A program made the translations under genes and the position numbers. 20,000 nt of DNA from Perkinsus olseni (taxonomy: Eukaryota). The DNA lies in assembly GCA_013115125.1 (NCBI GenBank), contig JABANN010000117.1, positions 49,336 through 69,335 of the forward strand. Reading direction: 5' to 3'. The notes beneath the pieces are model-generated. The model was not told the origin of the DNA. It saw only the letters and a list, made by a program, of their open reading frames with translations, and ran no database searches. Shown one piece after another: positions 19,871 to 20,000 of the stretch; within the stretch, counting starts at the first letter, position 1, and every line of letters starts with the position of its first letter.

Positions 19871-20000
19871 TGCTGATGGATATATGCTGAGGCGTTCGAA
19901 CACGGGATGTATTACAGATATCGCCACTTGAGGCGCTCAAATCTGTTACTCACACTGATAATGCCAACTTTTGCGCTTGAAACCTGCATGCTGTAAAGGG

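Overview
Eukaryotic, intron-rich genomic DNA with many ~45-55 nt GT-AG introns. Intron style and gene content point to a myzozoan alveolate, most likely Perkinsus (inference; no search was run). The ORF track fragments most genes, so I spliced them by hand. Five genes lie on the + strand: a 9-exon phosphoglycerate dehydrogenase with the Lys-type (IIIK) active site, a stand-alone Mrp/NBP35-family ATPase, an intronless GH35 beta-galactosidase, an 8-exon His-Me-finger (HNH-like) protein hidden from the ORF track, and a small putatively secreted protein. After a convergent strand switch at ~9.0-10.0 kb, the - strand carries an intronless subtilisin, a subtilisin relic, an MGxC-initiated coiled-coil protein ending in a GAS2/GAR domain, and an HCF101-type Fe-S scaffold (DUF59-ATPase-DUF971) with a mitochondrial-type presequence. 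Non-coding signals are a tRNA-like cloverleaf at the left edge, four fold-back elements and a TCGCCAA motif cluster at the right edge. I cannot demonstrate a single new multi-gene system. The best leads are the His-Me-finger gene, the tRNA-like element, the second HCF101-like ATPase, the Lys-type PGDH and the acylated GAR protein.
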